Positions 7,789-17,253 of a stretch of DNA of 36,218 nt are shown piece after piece (the stretch's first letter is position 1; each line of letters opens with the position of its first letter). Source of the stretch: a virus; the IMG/VR virus record IMGVR_UViG_3300045988_068382, positions 1-36,218 of that record; one strand, 5' to 3'. The position numbers were made by a program, and so were the translations under genes. Below the pieces are notes generated by a model, which did not search any database, was not told where the DNA came from, and was given only the letters and a program-made list of their open reading frames with translations.

Positions 7789-7842
7789 GGGACAGGGACA
7801 AGTATATATTTATATATACACTGTTGTCCCTCATTTTGTCCC
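7789..7842. repeat. Iteron-like symmetric element: GGGACA x2, an AT palindrome, then TGTCCC x2 (candidate origin or regulator site)
   Basis: GGGACA at 7789-7794 and 7795-7800. gtatatat-tt-atatatac at 7802-7819. TGTCCC at 7825-7830 and 7837-7842. The element overlaps the last codons of the primase-helicase gene. The sequence structure is certain; the function is inferred. Confidence 0.6.
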
Positions 7843-10086
7843 ACCATTATTTTCCACTTTTGACAGCTGAATGCTGTTGTCTGCAATGGTCAGTTCTCCG
7901 CAGTCCTTGACACGGCGGCGGACGGTTTTTTCACTGATGCCAAGATACTCCGCCATGTCTTTCAGCGTCACCGCCCCGTCCATATTGCAGGCGTGAAACG
8001 CATTGAGCAGAGCCGCTTTCTTGTCGGCTTTCTGTGCCACATAGGTCTCCCTGGTTTTCTCTCCGCGTTTCTTGTTCCCACGCTGATGCGGCGGCATCTC
8101 GCTCTCTGCCTGCAGGTCTTTCAGTACGCCCACGGTGTCCTCCACATGCACAGGATATCGAAACCACAGGTTCTTCGGCTCGAACTTCGGAAACTCCCGG
8201 AGCGTGCCGTCCAGCCGCCATGCGGTTCGCTGCCGCACTGTCCGCTTGACCGCCTCGATCTCGCTGAGGAACCCCTCGTACACTGCCGGCGGCAGATTGT
8301 CCCGGCACAGTTTCAGAGATTCCACATGGCTCAGCAGTTCGTCCGGCGAGGCATCTGCCAGCACTGCCGGAGCGTGCTGCCGCAGTTTTTCAATGCAGGC
8401 TTCGCAGATTGCCGTGTTGGTCTCCTGTTTGAGGATCTCGTCGGTCAGTTCCAGTTCCGTCATGTCAATGAGTGCGTCCGGATCACGGGCAAACACGCCG
8501 CTGCCGGAGGCGCGATCCATGCTTCGCTTGCCGCCCTGTGCCCCCTTGCTGTGGTGGTGGCAGTAGATCACCGCACAGCCCAGCTGGGTGCACACCTTGT
8601 CGAACTGGTTGCAGAAATGTGCCATCTGGTCGGCACTGTTCTCGTCACCGGTGATGACCTTGTAAATGGGGTCGATGATGACGGCGATGTACTGCTTTTT
8701 CTTGGCACGCCGGATCAGCTTCGGGGCAAGCTTGTCCATGGGTTCTGTCACGCCACGGAGATTCCAGATGTCGATGCTCCGGAGGTTCGCCGCCGGCAGT
8801 GCCATTGCCTCGTACACGTCCCGGAAACGGTGCAGACAGCTTGCCCTGTCCAGCTCCAGATTGACGTACAGCACACGCCCTCTGGCACACTGCCACCCCA
8901 GCCACCGCCTGCCCTCGGCAATGGCAATGGACATCTCAATGAGGGCATAGGACTTTCCGGCTTTGGACGGTCCGGCAATGAGCATTTTATGTCCCTGCCG
9001 CAGCACGCCCTCGATGAGCGGCGGCGACAGTTCCGGCATATGTTCCCACGCCTCTGCCATGCTCTCAAACTCCGGCAGATCATCGGTGACGCTGTCGATG
9101 TAGTCTTTCCACTCCGCCCAGGAACTCAGCCCGATGTTGGTCGCCACCAGAAACTGTTTTCTGCCGTTTCGCACCACGCCGGGCATACGGGACAGCCGGG
9201 AGGGGTTCCGGTTCTGGCGGTCTACCTTCAAGCCGTTTTTGTCGCAGACCTGATAGAGAAAATCCACCCGTTTCCGGTATTCTTCGTAGTTGGGAGCGTC
9301 CACACGCACGATGGCGTGGAGGCTCTTTCCGCCACTGTACACCAAACAGGCGATGGGCAGCTGCATCTCGTGGAGAATGCCGTTCTGCCGCTCCACGTCC
9401 AGCACGTCCGATTCCACCAGTGCATAGCGGTATTCTGTGACGTTTTCGTTTTTGCCGCCTTTGCCGTCCAGGGGATTGAACCGGATCCACGCTCCGGCTT
9501 CTTCGGCATAGTCTCCGACCACTGCCCCGATGTCGCCGCCGCACTTGCCCAGTGCCTCCAGCAGTTGTCCGGCGGTGCGGTCGCAGCTGCCCGATGTGGG
9601 CAGATATTTGCCGTCCTTGTTCTGCCACGTTTCCGTCACATAGCCCACGAAATCTTCTGCTTCAAACAAGGTTTCGATGTAACGGGAGAGTTCCTGCGCC
9701 GGATTCCACACCTGCGGCTCTGGCACGGGAATGTCCTGTGCCTCTTTCCGGCTGGTGACCACATAGTCCTCGCCGATGTAATCATCCCAGCTGAGGGCTC
9801 TGGATTCTTTCGGGGCACTCTGGGGACGATAGCCGTTTTCCAGTGCCATATGCACGATGGTTCCGGCGGTGACCGGATGCTCTGATCCAGAGAACGTCCG
9901 CCATTTCTTTTCGCACTCGCCGCTGTGATACCGGACAGTGTCACGCTGTGACCAGCTGTCCCAGAGGGAGCAGTCATAGCCGGAATCTTTCAGTGCCATG
10001 CCCACCCCACACCACTCCTGATAGGTCAGGGCTGCCGGGTCGATGTAGTCCAGCAGTTCGTCTAAGTTGTCGTCTTTGTAATCCAT
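7831..10086 (-). CDS. Bifunctional primase-polymerase (AEP, PriCT-2 N-terminus) / AAA_25 RecA-like helicase with a C-terminal HTH
   Basis: 751 aa. PriCT-2-like N-terminus (YQEWCGVGMALKDSGY...WDSWSQRD...KKWRTF). AEP motifs (ALVESDVLD, SGGKSLHAIVRVD). Walker A GPSKAGKS and LYVNLELD. C-terminal HTH TLKDMAEYLGISEKTVRRRV. Confidence 0.88.
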   Translation of the reverse strand: MDYKDDNLDELLDYIDPAALTYQEWCGVGMALKDSGYDCSLWDSWSQRDTVRYHSGECEKKWRTFSGSEHPVTAGTIVHMALENGYRPQSAPKESRALSWDDYIGEDYVVTSRKEAQDIPVPEPQVWNPAQELSRYIETLFEAEDFVGYVTETWQNKDGKYLPTSGSCDRTAGQLLEALGKCGGDIGAVVGDYAEEAGAWIRFNPLDGKGGKNENVTEYRYALVESDVLDVERQNGILHEMQLPIACLVYSGGKSLHAIVRVDAPNYEEYRKRVDFLYQVCDKNGLKVDRQNRNPSRLSRMPGVVRNGRKQFLVATNIGLSSWAEWKDYIDSVTDDLPEFESMAEAWEHMPELSPPLIEGVLRQGHKMLIAGPSKAGKSYALIEMSIAIAEGRRWLGWQCARGRVLYVNLELDRASCLHRFRDVYEAMALPAANLRSIDIWNLRGVTEPMDKLAPKLIRRAKKKQYIAVIIDPIYKVITGDENSADQMAHFCNQFDKVCTQLGCAVIYCHHHSKGAQGGKRSMDRASGSGVFARDPDALIDMTELELTDEILKQETNTAICEACIEKLRQHAPAVLADASPDELLSHVESLKLCRDNLPPAVYEGFLSEIEAVKRTVRQRTAWRLDGTLREFPKFEPKNLWFRYPVHVEDTVGVLKDLQAESEMPPHQRGNKKRGEKTRETYVAQKADKKAALLNAFHACNMDGAVTLKDMAEYLGISEKTVRRRVKDCGELTIADNSIQLSKVENNGGTK

Positions 10087-11700
10087 TTATCCATGCTCCT
10101 CCGGCACAAACTCCGCCGCTGCGATCGCCCACGGCACACGCCAGCCGTTTGCGGCAATGCGGTTGATGAGATTCTTTGCCGCATCGAAGGACCAGCCGCC
10201 CACGTGCAGAAAACCGTACTTTTCCAGACAGCGTATCTGCTTCGGGGTAGCCAGTCCGCTCTGCTGCCGCTGTGCCACTGTGCGGAGAATCTGCTCCGCC
10301 TTTCCGGCACTCTCCACCGCATCGGGGTTGATGCCCCGTTTCTCTAAATCTTTCTTCTGCTTGTCCGTGGGCGGATTCGATTCCCACCCGAACGCCGGCA
10401 CATAGCCGGTCAGATCCTGGGACTGGATCGACATCTCGTACTGCAGGGGGTCTACCAGCCTGGACTTCCGCTTTTTCATGGATTCCAGCTGCTCCGCCAG
10501 CTTGGACTCCCGGTCTGCCACCACGTCCTCGGACGCTTTGCTCTCGGCTTCCTCGATGTCCACCGGCACGCCGGGCTGCTGCTCCAGCTGCTGTGTCATT
10601 TTCTGCTGCACTTCTTCGTCCTCGCAGATGAGGCACGCCGGACGGCACAGCTCGTGCTTTTCCGTGTTCCACAGGAAATCCAACAGCAGAAGGTGGTCTT
10701 TCCCCTCTGCCAGCCGCGTGCCGCGTCCCACCATCTGGCAGTACAGGGCACGGACTTTCGTCGAACGCAGCACCACCACGCAGTCTACCTCCGGACAGTC
10801 CCAGCCCTCGGTGAGCAGCATACTGTTGCACAGCACGTTGTATTTGCCGTCGGAAAAGTCCTGTAAAACCTGTTCCCGGTCGTCGGATTCGCCGTTGACC
10901 TCTGCCGCCCGGAATCCGTGCTGACAGAGAATGTCCCGGAACTTCTGGGAGGTTTTGACCAGCGGCAGGAACACCACCGTCTTCCGGTCGGCACAGTGCT
11001 TTGCCATTTCGGCAGCGATCTGTTCCAGATAGGGGTCTAACGCCGTGGCAATATCCCCCGGCTTGTAATCTCCGGCAGCCGTCCCCACATGGGTGAAATC
11101 GATCTGCACCGGCACAGTCAATGCCCGGATCGGCGTTAGGTATCCCTCGTGAATGGCCTGGGGCAGAGTGTATTCATACGCCAGACTGTCAAATACCTTG
11201 CCCAGATTCTGCTTGTCGCCCCGGTCGGGCGTTGCCGTCACGCCCAGCACATGGGCATCGGAAAAGTGATCCAGTATCACCTGATAGCTGCCGGAAATGG
11301 CGTGGTGTGCCTCATCGATGATAATGGTCTGAAAGTAGTCTGGGGGGAACTGGGCAAGGCGTTTCTGCCGCATGAGGGTCTGAACGCTGCCCACCGTGAC
11401 ACGATACCACTCTCCCAGACAGGTCTGCTCTGCCTTTTCCACGGCACACTTCAGACCGCTGGTGCGTTCCAGCTTGTCCGCCGCCTGCTGGAGCAGTTCG
11501 CCCCGGTGTGCCAGGATCAGCACCCGGCTGCCGCTGCGGACTTCGTCCTCGGTGATCTTGGCAAAGACAATGGTCTTGCCGCAACCGGTGGGCAGCACCA
11601 GCAGCGTCCGGTTTCTGCCCTCGTCCCACTCCCGGTGCACGGCTTCTCTCGCCGCCTGCTGATAAGGTCGCATTTGCATGATGATCGTACTCCTTTCCAT
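10087..11700 (-). CDS. DEAD/DEAH-box (SF2) helicase
   Basis: MRPYQQAA (Q motif), LPTGCGKT (Walker A), IIIDEAHH (DEAH), TATP, and the helicase-C motif QMVGRGTR. Start is ATG 11700 or 11679 (uncertain). The stop abuts the primase start. Confidence 0.85.
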   Translation of the reverse strand: MERSTIIMQMRPYQQAAREAVHREWDEGRNRTLLVLPTGCGKTIVFAKITEDEVRSGSRVLILAHRGELLQQAADKLERTSGLKCAVEKAEQTCLGEWYRVTVGSVQTLMRQKRLAQFPPDYFQTIIIDEAHHAISGSYQVILDHFSDAHVLGVTATPDRGDKQNLGKVFDSLAYEYTLPQAIHEGYLTPIRALTVPVQIDFTHVGTAAGDYKPGDIATALDPYLEQIAAEMAKHCADRKTVVFLPLVKTSQKFRDILCQHGFRAAEVNGESDDREQVLQDFSDGKYNVLCNSMLLTEGWDCPEVDCVVVLRSTKVRALYCQMVGRGTRLAEGKDHLLLLDFLWNTEKHELCRPACLICEDEEVQQKMTQQLEQQPGVPVDIEEAESKASEDVVADRESKLAEQLESMKKRKSRLVDPLQYEMSIQSQDLTGYVPAFGWESNPPTDKQKKDLEKRGINPDAVESAGKAEQILRTVAQRQQSGLATPKQIRCLEKYGFLHVGGWSFDAAKNLINRIAANGWRVPWAIAAAEFVPEEHG

Positions 11701-11759
11701 ACTGGCTCCCCTGAAAGGGGAGCTGGCAAGCCATAGGCTTGACTGAGGGGTTTCACTCT

Positions 11760-12341
11760 TTAAAACTGTCCCCTGTTCCAGCCGCCCTGAGGGGCGTTCT
11801 GGGGCTGCTGCCACGACTGTGCATTGCTCTGCGGATACGGGGACTGAGGTGCAGTGCAGGGCTGCTGTGGGGCGTTCTGAGTGGTCTGGGGCTGATCGTA
11901 GGACGGATACAGCTTGTCGATCTGGTTTGCCTGTCCAGTTCCGCCGCCGTCCCGCTTTTCATAGGTGCGGTTTTTCACATGGCACACGCCGGACTTGCCG
12001 CACACCTGTGACCAGTTCATCTGTGCCGCCTGCCCTTTCTGTTTCATGCCGATGCTGGCGAAAAACTCGGACAGCTTCCATTCCATTTTTGTGTGCAGGA
12101 ACAGGTTCTCCTGCAGGAGGACGCTGCTGCCGTCCGGGCTGAACACCCGGAAGTGGACGATCGCCTTGTTGCAGGGCGGAATATTCGCCGAGCCGGCATG
12201 TCTGGCACGGTCGAACTTCTCCACGGTAAAGCGGTAGTCGCCCTCCGGCAGCAGAATAAAGCTGCTCTCCTGCTGGATTTCATCGTCCCAGCCAAGTTCG
12301 TGACCTTGGGTGTTTGCGGTTGTGTTGTTGTAATTGTTCAT
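11760..12341 (-). CDS. DUF669-like protein (SSB-like partner of Sak4/AAA_24 modules) with a Gln/Pro-rich tail
   Basis: N-terminal pattern LLPEGDYRFTVEKFD...AIVHFRV...WKLSEFFASIGM and the position directly after the AAA_24 gene match DUF669 phage proteins. The C-terminus is low complexity, Q/P-rich. Confidence 0.6.
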   Translation of the reverse strand: MNNYNNTTANTQGHELGWDDEIQQESSFILLPEGDYRFTVEKFDRARHAGSANIPPCNKAIVHFRVFSPDGSSVLLQENLFLHTKMEWKLSEFFASIGMKQKGQAAQMNWSQVCGKSGVCHVKNRTYEKRDGGGTGQANQIDKLYPSYDQPQTTQNAPQQPCTAPQSPYPQSNAQSWQQPQNAPQGGWNRGQF

Positions 12342-12375
12342 GTAGAACCTGCCTTTCTCTTTGTGCGGTATTGCC

Positions 12376-13494
12376 TTAAAACGGCACTCGATTTTGCTGT
12401 ATCATTTCCACGATGTTCTTCCACCACGGAATGCACCAGCCTTCCACGAAGTCCTGCGGATAGTTCTGGACGGGCATATCTGCCGGAAAATAGCCCTTGC
12501 TGCCGACTACTGCCTGCAATTCCGACGGCTGCACCTGTGCGGCGGTCATCAGCTGTGCCAGCTGGGGTGCGATGCCGTCCAGAATGTGCTGCGTCTGGAC
12601 ATCTTCGGCGGTCTGCCGGGGCTCTGGCAGCTGTCCGTCCGCGGTAATCAGCAGCTCCGATTCCGCCAGATCCTTTTCCGTGGGCAGTCCGGCAGCCTGT
12701 GCCTTTTCTATGACCTGCTGTGCTTTTGGAACAGGTGCGGCAGCTGGTGCAGGTGCAGCGAAGACGGACGCAATGGACGCATATTCCAAGGGCAGCATCT
12801 CCGGCAAGCCGAACCGGTTCTTTGCGTCCCACCAAGCCGTTTTCGTGGTGTACATCACACGGTTGCAGGCAGTCGCCTTGTGCTTTTTGCCCTTGTCGTC
12901 GGTGGCGATGACGTGGGTCTGGAACGCCAGAAACAGGGTGATGTCTGACCACTCTTTCAGCAGCGGTGCGATCTTGTTGGTGGTCTTGTTCCCCAGTTTC
13001 AGTTCCCAGTGGTCGAACTCCGCATCGATCTCCGGCAGGGACGCCTTTCGGGTAACGGCGTGGCAGAGCAGTGCCACATTGACCCCTGCCTGCACAAGGC
13101 GTTCTGTGCTGTCCAGAAACCGTCCGATCTCCTCCGCCTCGTACTCCCAGCCCTTACCGTAGCCGAAGCCCTCAATGCCGTTGACCTGGTGCTTGCTGCA
13201 CAGCTGGGCAATGGCGAGGCGTTCTGCCCAGTCGAAGGTGTCGATGCACAAGGTCTGATACTGCCGCTGTGCGTGGGATTCCAGCACGAAGTCCACTTCC
13301 TGCTGGAGCATCTCCCAGCTAGTGGGCTTGGGCAGCCGCCGGACGTTCATCTTCGAGGTGCTGCCCTCGCAGTCCAGAAATACCGCTCCCGGCAGCTGTG
13401 CCGCCAGAGAGGTCTTTCCCACGCCCTCCTGTCCGTAGATGACCAGTTTCACGCCGGCACCGGTCTGAATGCCGTTTGTTTCTTCAAAATTCAT
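12376..13494 (-). CDS. AAA_24 / Sak4-like RecA-fold ATPase with a long C-terminal extension
   Basis: Walker [13 protein letters not shown], followed by FLDCEGST and CIDTFDW. 372 aa. The start overlaps the HNH gene stop (ATGA). Confidence 0.8.
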   Translation of the reverse strand: MNFEETNGIQTGAGVKLVIYGQEGVGKTSLAAQLPGAVFLDCEGSTSKMNVRRLPKPTSWEMLQQEVDFVLESHAQRQYQTLCIDTFDWAERLAIAQLCSKHQVNGIEGFGYGKGWEYEAEEIGRFLDSTERLVQAGVNVALLCHAVTRKASLPEIDAEFDHWELKLGNKTTNKIAPLLKEWSDITLFLAFQTHVIATDDKGKKHKATACNRVMYTTKTAWWDAKNRFGLPEMLPLEYASIASVFAAPAPAAAPVPKAQQVIEKAQAAGLPTEKDLAESELLITADGQLPEPRQTAEDVQTQHILDGIAPQLAQLMTAAQVQPSELQAVVGSKGYFPADMPVQNYPQDFVEGWCIPWWKNIVEMIQQNRVPF

Positions 13495-14030
13495 TGTGAT
13501 GTTCTCCTTTCCACGCTTCTTCTGTTGTGTGCTTGTGTTCTTGCATCAACCCATCGGCAGTTTTCAGGACAGTAATTCCCATTATTATCAATTCGGTCAA
13601 TCGTGCAAGCTCCACGCAGTGCATACGGGTCATAACCAGACTTCATCGCCCATTTATAAAATGCTTCAAAGCTTTGTTTCCACTCTTGACAAACAGATAT
13701 TCCTCGACCGCCGTATAAGTGAAAATGAACATTATTAGGGTCAGTGCAACGCTGACGCATTCCGCACCAGACATAATACAGACGAGTATGACTCTTTCCG
13801 TGTGTATGGTGCGGCGGGTTTGTTATCAAGAAAGAATAACGTGTGCAATCGCAATGAGAAGATACGCCGGATCGGAGTGATTTGCCATCGATATTCCTTT
13901 CTGCTCCGCAGTTTTTACATCTGCATTTCCAAAAAATACGTGGCTTTATACCGTGACCAGCGTACTCTGATTTGCAAATCACATTCCAATCCCCGAATTG
14001 TTTGCCAGTCAGATCAATAAATGCTCCCAT
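13491..14030 (-). CDS. HNH-type homing-endonuclease-like protein (zinc-ribbon N-terminus plus [17 protein letters not shown] motif)
   Basis: 179 aa from the ATG at 14030. Contains CRCKNCG...[24 protein letters not shown] and [19 protein letters not shown]. Visibly AT-richer than both neighbours. Start and stop overlap the flanking genes. Confidence 0.55.
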   Translation of the reverse strand: MGAFIDLTGKQFGDWNVICKSEYAGHGIKPRIFWKCRCKNCGAERNIDGKSLRSGVSSHCDCTRYSFLITNPPHHTHGKSHTRLYYVWCGMRQRCTDPNNVHFHLYGGRGISVCQEWKQSFEAFYKWAMKSGYDPYALRGACTIDRIDNNGNYCPENCRWVDARTQAHNRRSVERRTSQ

Positions 14031-15298
14031 CAAAACACACCAGCTTCCCACGTTGTCTGTTGCTTTATTGCCTCATTCGGTGAAACAGAGTATCCATCAA
14101 CAATCAGGATAGAGCACTCGTCCCCGGTAGACACACGGGTGGCAATTGCCTGCAAACCTTCCTGTTCCAGCCACTGCCCGAACTCCTGCAGGGTGACGCT
14201 GTCCATCTGTTCCAGCTTGTCCAGCAGCACAAAGCCGCAGTCCGGATTCAGCTTTCGCACAATGGCAGCCGCCACTCGCAGTTGCTCTGAGCCGCTCATG
14301 CTGTCCCACTGCTTGCCGTGGTACTGTAGTGTTCCGTTTTCCACCGTCAGCCCTTCCAGCGGCAGGTCGGCGGCGTGCAGCAAGTCCTGTTTCTCCTGCC
14401 GCAGTGCGGTGATCTGCTCCGTCAATGCTTCGTAGTCCTGCCGGTAGGTCTTTGCCTCTTCCTCGGCGTGTTCCTTGTTCAGATTGTCCCGGATTTTTAT
14501 GTTGATGGCGTCGATCTCCGCAATATTTCTTTCCAGTTCGGCGGTGGATTCGTCCTGCAGATCCCGTGCGGACATCTGGGCAGTCACAGCGTTCTGCTCT
14601 GCCAGTTCCAGACGCTGTTTGGCTGCGTCATAGGCAGCCTGTGCGGCGGTGAGTTCCTGTGCATACCGGGCAGCGTTTTCCCGTTTCCGCTGGTTCTCGC
14701 CGTTGCGTGCCAGGATCTCCTGCTGCCGTGCGATCAGCTCCGATGCGGAAACCGGCGTGTTCGGCACGTTCTCCCAGCACTGCAGCTCTGAGGCATACTT
14801 CTGTTTCTGGTCGGCGATCCTGCCAATGGCGGTACGCTGGTTGTACAGCCGGCTTTCTTCGGATTCGATCTTTGCCAGCTGCTCGCCCACACCGATGATC
14901 TGCAGCAGGATCGCCGCTTTTTCCTTGTCCGATGCATTCATGAACTTGGGCAGATCCAGTGCCAGTGCAGACAGGAACGAGTTCAGCAGCTGCTGCCCTG
15001 CCTTGTTGCCGTTGGGGTCGATGACTTTCAGACTGCTGTTCTTGCCCTTTCGCTCTACGATCAGACCGTTGGACAGCTCCACATGGAGAATGGGATCGGT
15101 GTATGCCCCGTCCCTTGCCGCAGCGGTAGGCTTGTACTTGTCGCCGCCCAGTGCCCACGCAATGGCATCCAGCACAGAGGTTTTCCCCTGATTGTTGTTG
15201 CCGCCGATGATGGTCAAGCCGTTGGCGGACGGTTCCAGCTTTACCGCCTTGATCCGCTTGACGTTTTCGATTTCCAGACTGTTGATCTTCACGCTCAT
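14030..15298 (-). CDS. SMC/SbcC/RecF-like AAA ATPase (recombination/repair)
   Basis: N-terminus [19 protein letters not shown]...[21 protein letters not shown] (Walker A), a central coiled coil, and a C-terminal signature plus Walker B region ([13 protein letters not shown]...FVLLDKLE). Confidence 0.8.
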   Translation of the reverse strand: MSVKINSLEIENVKRIKAVKLEPSANGLTIIGGNNNQGKTSVLDAIAWALGGDKYKPTAAARDGAYTDPILHVELSNGLIVERKGKNSSLKVIDPNGNKAGQQLLNSFLSALALDLPKFMNASDKEKAAILLQIIGVGEQLAKIESEESRLYNQRTAIGRIADQKQKYASELQCWENVPNTPVSASELIARQQEILARNGENQRKRENAARYAQELTAAQAAYDAAKQRLELAEQNAVTAQMSARDLQDESTAELERNIAEIDAINIKIRDNLNKEHAEEEAKTYRQDYEALTEQITALRQEKQDLLHAADLPLEGLTVENGTLQYHGKQWDSMSGSEQLRVAAAIVRKLNPDCGFVLLDKLEQMDSVTLQEFGQWLEQEGLQAIATRVSTGDECSILIVDGYSVSPNEAIKQQTTWEAGVF

Positions 15299-15504
15299 GC
15301 TTCTCCCTCCTCATACAGTTCAATGTGGTCGTAGGCGAACTGGACCATATCCCCCAGCACCTGTGTCTTGGTGCGTCCGGTTTCCAGTGCGACTTCCTCC
15401 ACCAGTGCGGCGTGTTCCAGACGCAGATTCACGCTGGTGAACAGCCGCCGTTCGCCGTTCTTCCTGCCGGCAGGCTCTTTCTTCTGCATTCTCAGTTTAT
15501 CCAT
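15295..15504 (-). CDS. Small ribbon-helix-helix-like protein (69 aa)
   Basis: ATG at 15504 after GGAGGAACATC. The segment FTSVNLRLEHAALVEEVALETGRTKTQVLGDMV has a strand-helix-helix pattern. Confidence 0.5.
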   Translation of the reverse strand: MDKLRMQKKEPAGRKNGERRLFTSVNLRLEHAALVEEVALETGRTKTQVLGDMVQFAYDHIELYEEGEA

Positions 15505-15658
15505 GATGTTCCTCCTCTGCCGGCTGTTCCGGCTTGTCCGGCGGCAGCAGCAAGCCGATGTGATCGGCACAGTGCAGCCGGTTGTCTAGTCCTAAGTACA
15601 AGGGCACGCTCCTGATGCCGCAGTTGACGCAGCGGTCTTTCTCGTTCCGGTTATCCAC
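15497..15658 (-). CDS. 53-aa ORF with a GTG start and a CxxC...CxxH zinc-ribbon-like pattern (below the ORF-track length cutoff)
   Basis: The GTG at 15658 lies 7 nt after GAGGAGG. Product VDNRNEKDRCVNCGIRSVPLYLGLDNRLHCADHIGLLLPPDKPEQPAEEEHHG. It overlaps both neighbours by a few nt and fills an otherwise non-coding gap of about 145 nt. Confidence 0.4.
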   Translation of the reverse strand: MDNRNEKDRCVNCGIRSVPLYLGLDNRLHCADHIGLLLPPDKPEQPAEEEHHG

Positions 15659-15839
15659 GGCGGCACGCCTCCTCGAATGCTGCCTTGTCCTGTGCAGCTT
15701 CCTCGTCCCGTTCGAGCTGCTGGAACTTTTGCAGCAGTCCCATTCCCCGATTCCAGATTTCTTTCGGCATCTCCATGTCGTGCCGGACGCTCTCGATCAG
15801 TTCAGCAACGATCTCGCTGTCTTTCAGTTTCGTTTCCAT
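15651..15839 (-). CDS. Hypothetical protein (62 aa)
   Basis: ATG at 15839 after TAGGAGGAAATGTCAA. Acidic and helical. No motif recognised. Confidence 0.55.
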   Translation of the reverse strand: METKLKDSEIVAELIESVRHDMEMPKEIWNRGMGLLQKFQQLERDEEAAQDKAAFEEACRRG

Positions 15840-15897
15840 TTGACATTTCCTCCTAAGTGTGGTATGATAGTTGTGGTTTTATTTACCCATGCCCCCG

Positions 15898-16584
15898 TTA
15901 CCGGTTGCCGCCGGTGCGGGGGTTTTCTTTTCCCCATTGCTCTGCCATGGCTCTTGCGATTCCGGGAAATGTTTTGCTCCTGTTTTTTGCACGGTCTTTT
16001 GTGAAAACGCCGCGATGCTTGCTGTCGTGTTTTTTGCTGTAAGAACCGGATGGGCAAAAAGTACCGATAGGCTCGACAGTTTCGGTTGGTACCAGCTTCG
16101 GAAGATTTTTCAGCCAAAGGCATGTCCTTTTGCTGTACGGATGCCCGAATTCATACGGCTGTATAATCTGCGTATATCGCGGCAGCTCATATACTTTGCT
16201 TGGGACAGGATTTTCAACGCAGATCCTTTCGCAGTTTGCATTCAAAAATTCCATAAAAAAAGCTTTGCCCTTCAATCCTTTTTCGTACCGTTCCCGATTC
16301 AAAACGTGATTTTTCCACAGATGTCTTGCTCCTGCATTGCTGAGATAGGTACACGGCGGGTGCGCAATCAGCATATCCCATCTGCCGTCCATTGTGTGTG
16401 ACTTTCCGTCACACGTAGTAAATGTGCACCTCCCAGTTATCAGAGGGATAACGTCCTGCATAATGTGCCACTCCGGATGCCCGCCGGAACATTCTTGTAT
16501 GTCGCAGCTGTACGCCTCGTGTCCAAGTCTACGAAATTCTGTGCACACTCGCTGGGATTCTTCGCATGCTACCAGTACTTTCAT
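15898..16584 (-). CDS. Atypical C5-cytosine DNA methyltransferase-like protein
   Basis: 228 aa. HPPCTYLSNAG (PC motif IV-like), CVENP (motif VI ENV-like), SKRTCLW, and a C-terminal TFPGIARAMAEQW (motif X-like). No classical FxGxG motif I is evident. The gene is AT-richer than its surroundings. Confidence 0.5.
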   Translation of the reverse strand: MKVLVACEESQRVCTEFRRLGHEAYSCDIQECSGGHPEWHIMQDVIPLITGRCTFTTCDGKSHTMDGRWDMLIAHPPCTYLSNAGARHLWKNHVLNRERYEKGLKGKAFFMEFLNANCERICVENPVPSKVYELPRYTQIIQPYEFGHPYSKRTCLWLKNLPKLVPTETVEPIGTFCPSGSYSKKHDSKHRGVFTKDRAKNRSKTFPGIARAMAEQWGKENPRTGGNR

Positions 16585-16801
16585 TTTCTATCACCTCTTT
16601 CTGCGTATTTTCATCACACTTTGCCTTGACGGCATTCATCGCCACTCTGGCACGTAAGTCCTTGATCGGTTCGAGTACCTCCGGAATCCCGCCGCCGGCG
16701 TAGAGATGCTCCAGCATCGGGAAGTCCGCCCTACTCATGGGCAGGGACAGCAGGTACTTTATCACGCCATTGTACTCCTCGGCGGTCATTTTGAGGATCA
16801 T
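16529..16801 (-). CDS. Hypothetical protein (90 aa)
   Basis: ATG at 16801, 8 nt after AAGGAGG. The 3' end overlaps the methyltransferase-like gene by 56 nt. Confidence 0.5.
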   Translation of the reverse strand: MILKMTAEEYNGVIKYLLSLPMSRADFPMLEHLYAGGGIPEVLEPIKDLRARVAMNAVKAKCDENTQKEVIENESTGSMRRIPASVHRIS

Positions 16802-16804
16802 TGG

Positions 16805-17062
16805 TTAGTCCTCCTTGTCCATGATTTCATCGAAGTGTGCAAGAACTACGACAAACCTTTTGAGCATTGCTCCCAGTATCTGCTTTGCATCGTACACACC
16901 GTTGCTGCTATCTGCCACGATATTGGCAATGTATACCGCACCAGCAAGATAGCAGTTCGTAACTTCGGCGGCGTTGGCGTTGCTTATCTTTGAACTCGGG
17001 GCGATCTGCTCATTCTCGTCCATCTTGATGTGGATCTCAATGTGTTTCTTCTTTTCTTCCAT
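16805..17062 (-). CDS. Hypothetical early protein (85 aa)
   Basis: ATG at 17062 after AAGGAGGAAACTAATC. The longer upstream extension is Cys/Arg-rich and has no RBS. Confidence 0.55.
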   Translation of the reverse strand: MEEKKKHIEIHIKMDENEQIAPSSKISNANAAEVTNCYLAGAVYIANIVADSSNGVYDAKQILGAMLKRFVVVLAHFDEIMDKED

Positions 17063-17234
17063 GATTAGTTTCCTCCTTGTTATCTTCCCGCAGGAAGTCG
17101 TATTTTCCGGTGGTGTCGTTTCGCACCTCTGCCGCAAAGGCGTGTACTCCCTTGCCGAGCAGCATCCGGCACAGCTCATCGGTGGTGAACTGCATCTCCG
17201 GATTCACCCGGACTTCTCGTATGTTCGGGGTCAT
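17037..17234 (-). CDS. Hypothetical early protein (65 aa)
   Basis: ATG at 17234 after AAAGGAGCATAAC. Confidence 0.5.
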   Translation of the reverse strand: MTPNIREVRVNPEMQFTTDELCRMLLGKGVHAFAAEVRNDTTGKYDFLREDNKEETNHGRKEETH

Positions 17235-17253
17235 GTTATGCTCCTTTCTGTTG

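Noticed and set aside
7993-9885. 630-aa plus-strand ORF opposite the primase-helicase gene
   Set aside because: It is antisense to a well-supported gene, has unnatural composition, and has no RBS or motif.
9974-10831. 285-aa minus-strand ORF overlapping the helicase and primase genes in another frame
   Set aside because: The product is Arg/Gly/Ala-rich. It overlaps two genes with strong motifs and is an alternative-frame artefact.
11701-11759. Two short hairpins (CTCCCCT-GAA-AGGGGAG; CAAGCC-ATA-GGCTTG) between the DUF669 and helicase genes
   Set aside because: The stems are short and no U-tract follows. One stem simply contains the helicase RBS. Evidence for a terminator or regulatory role is insufficient.
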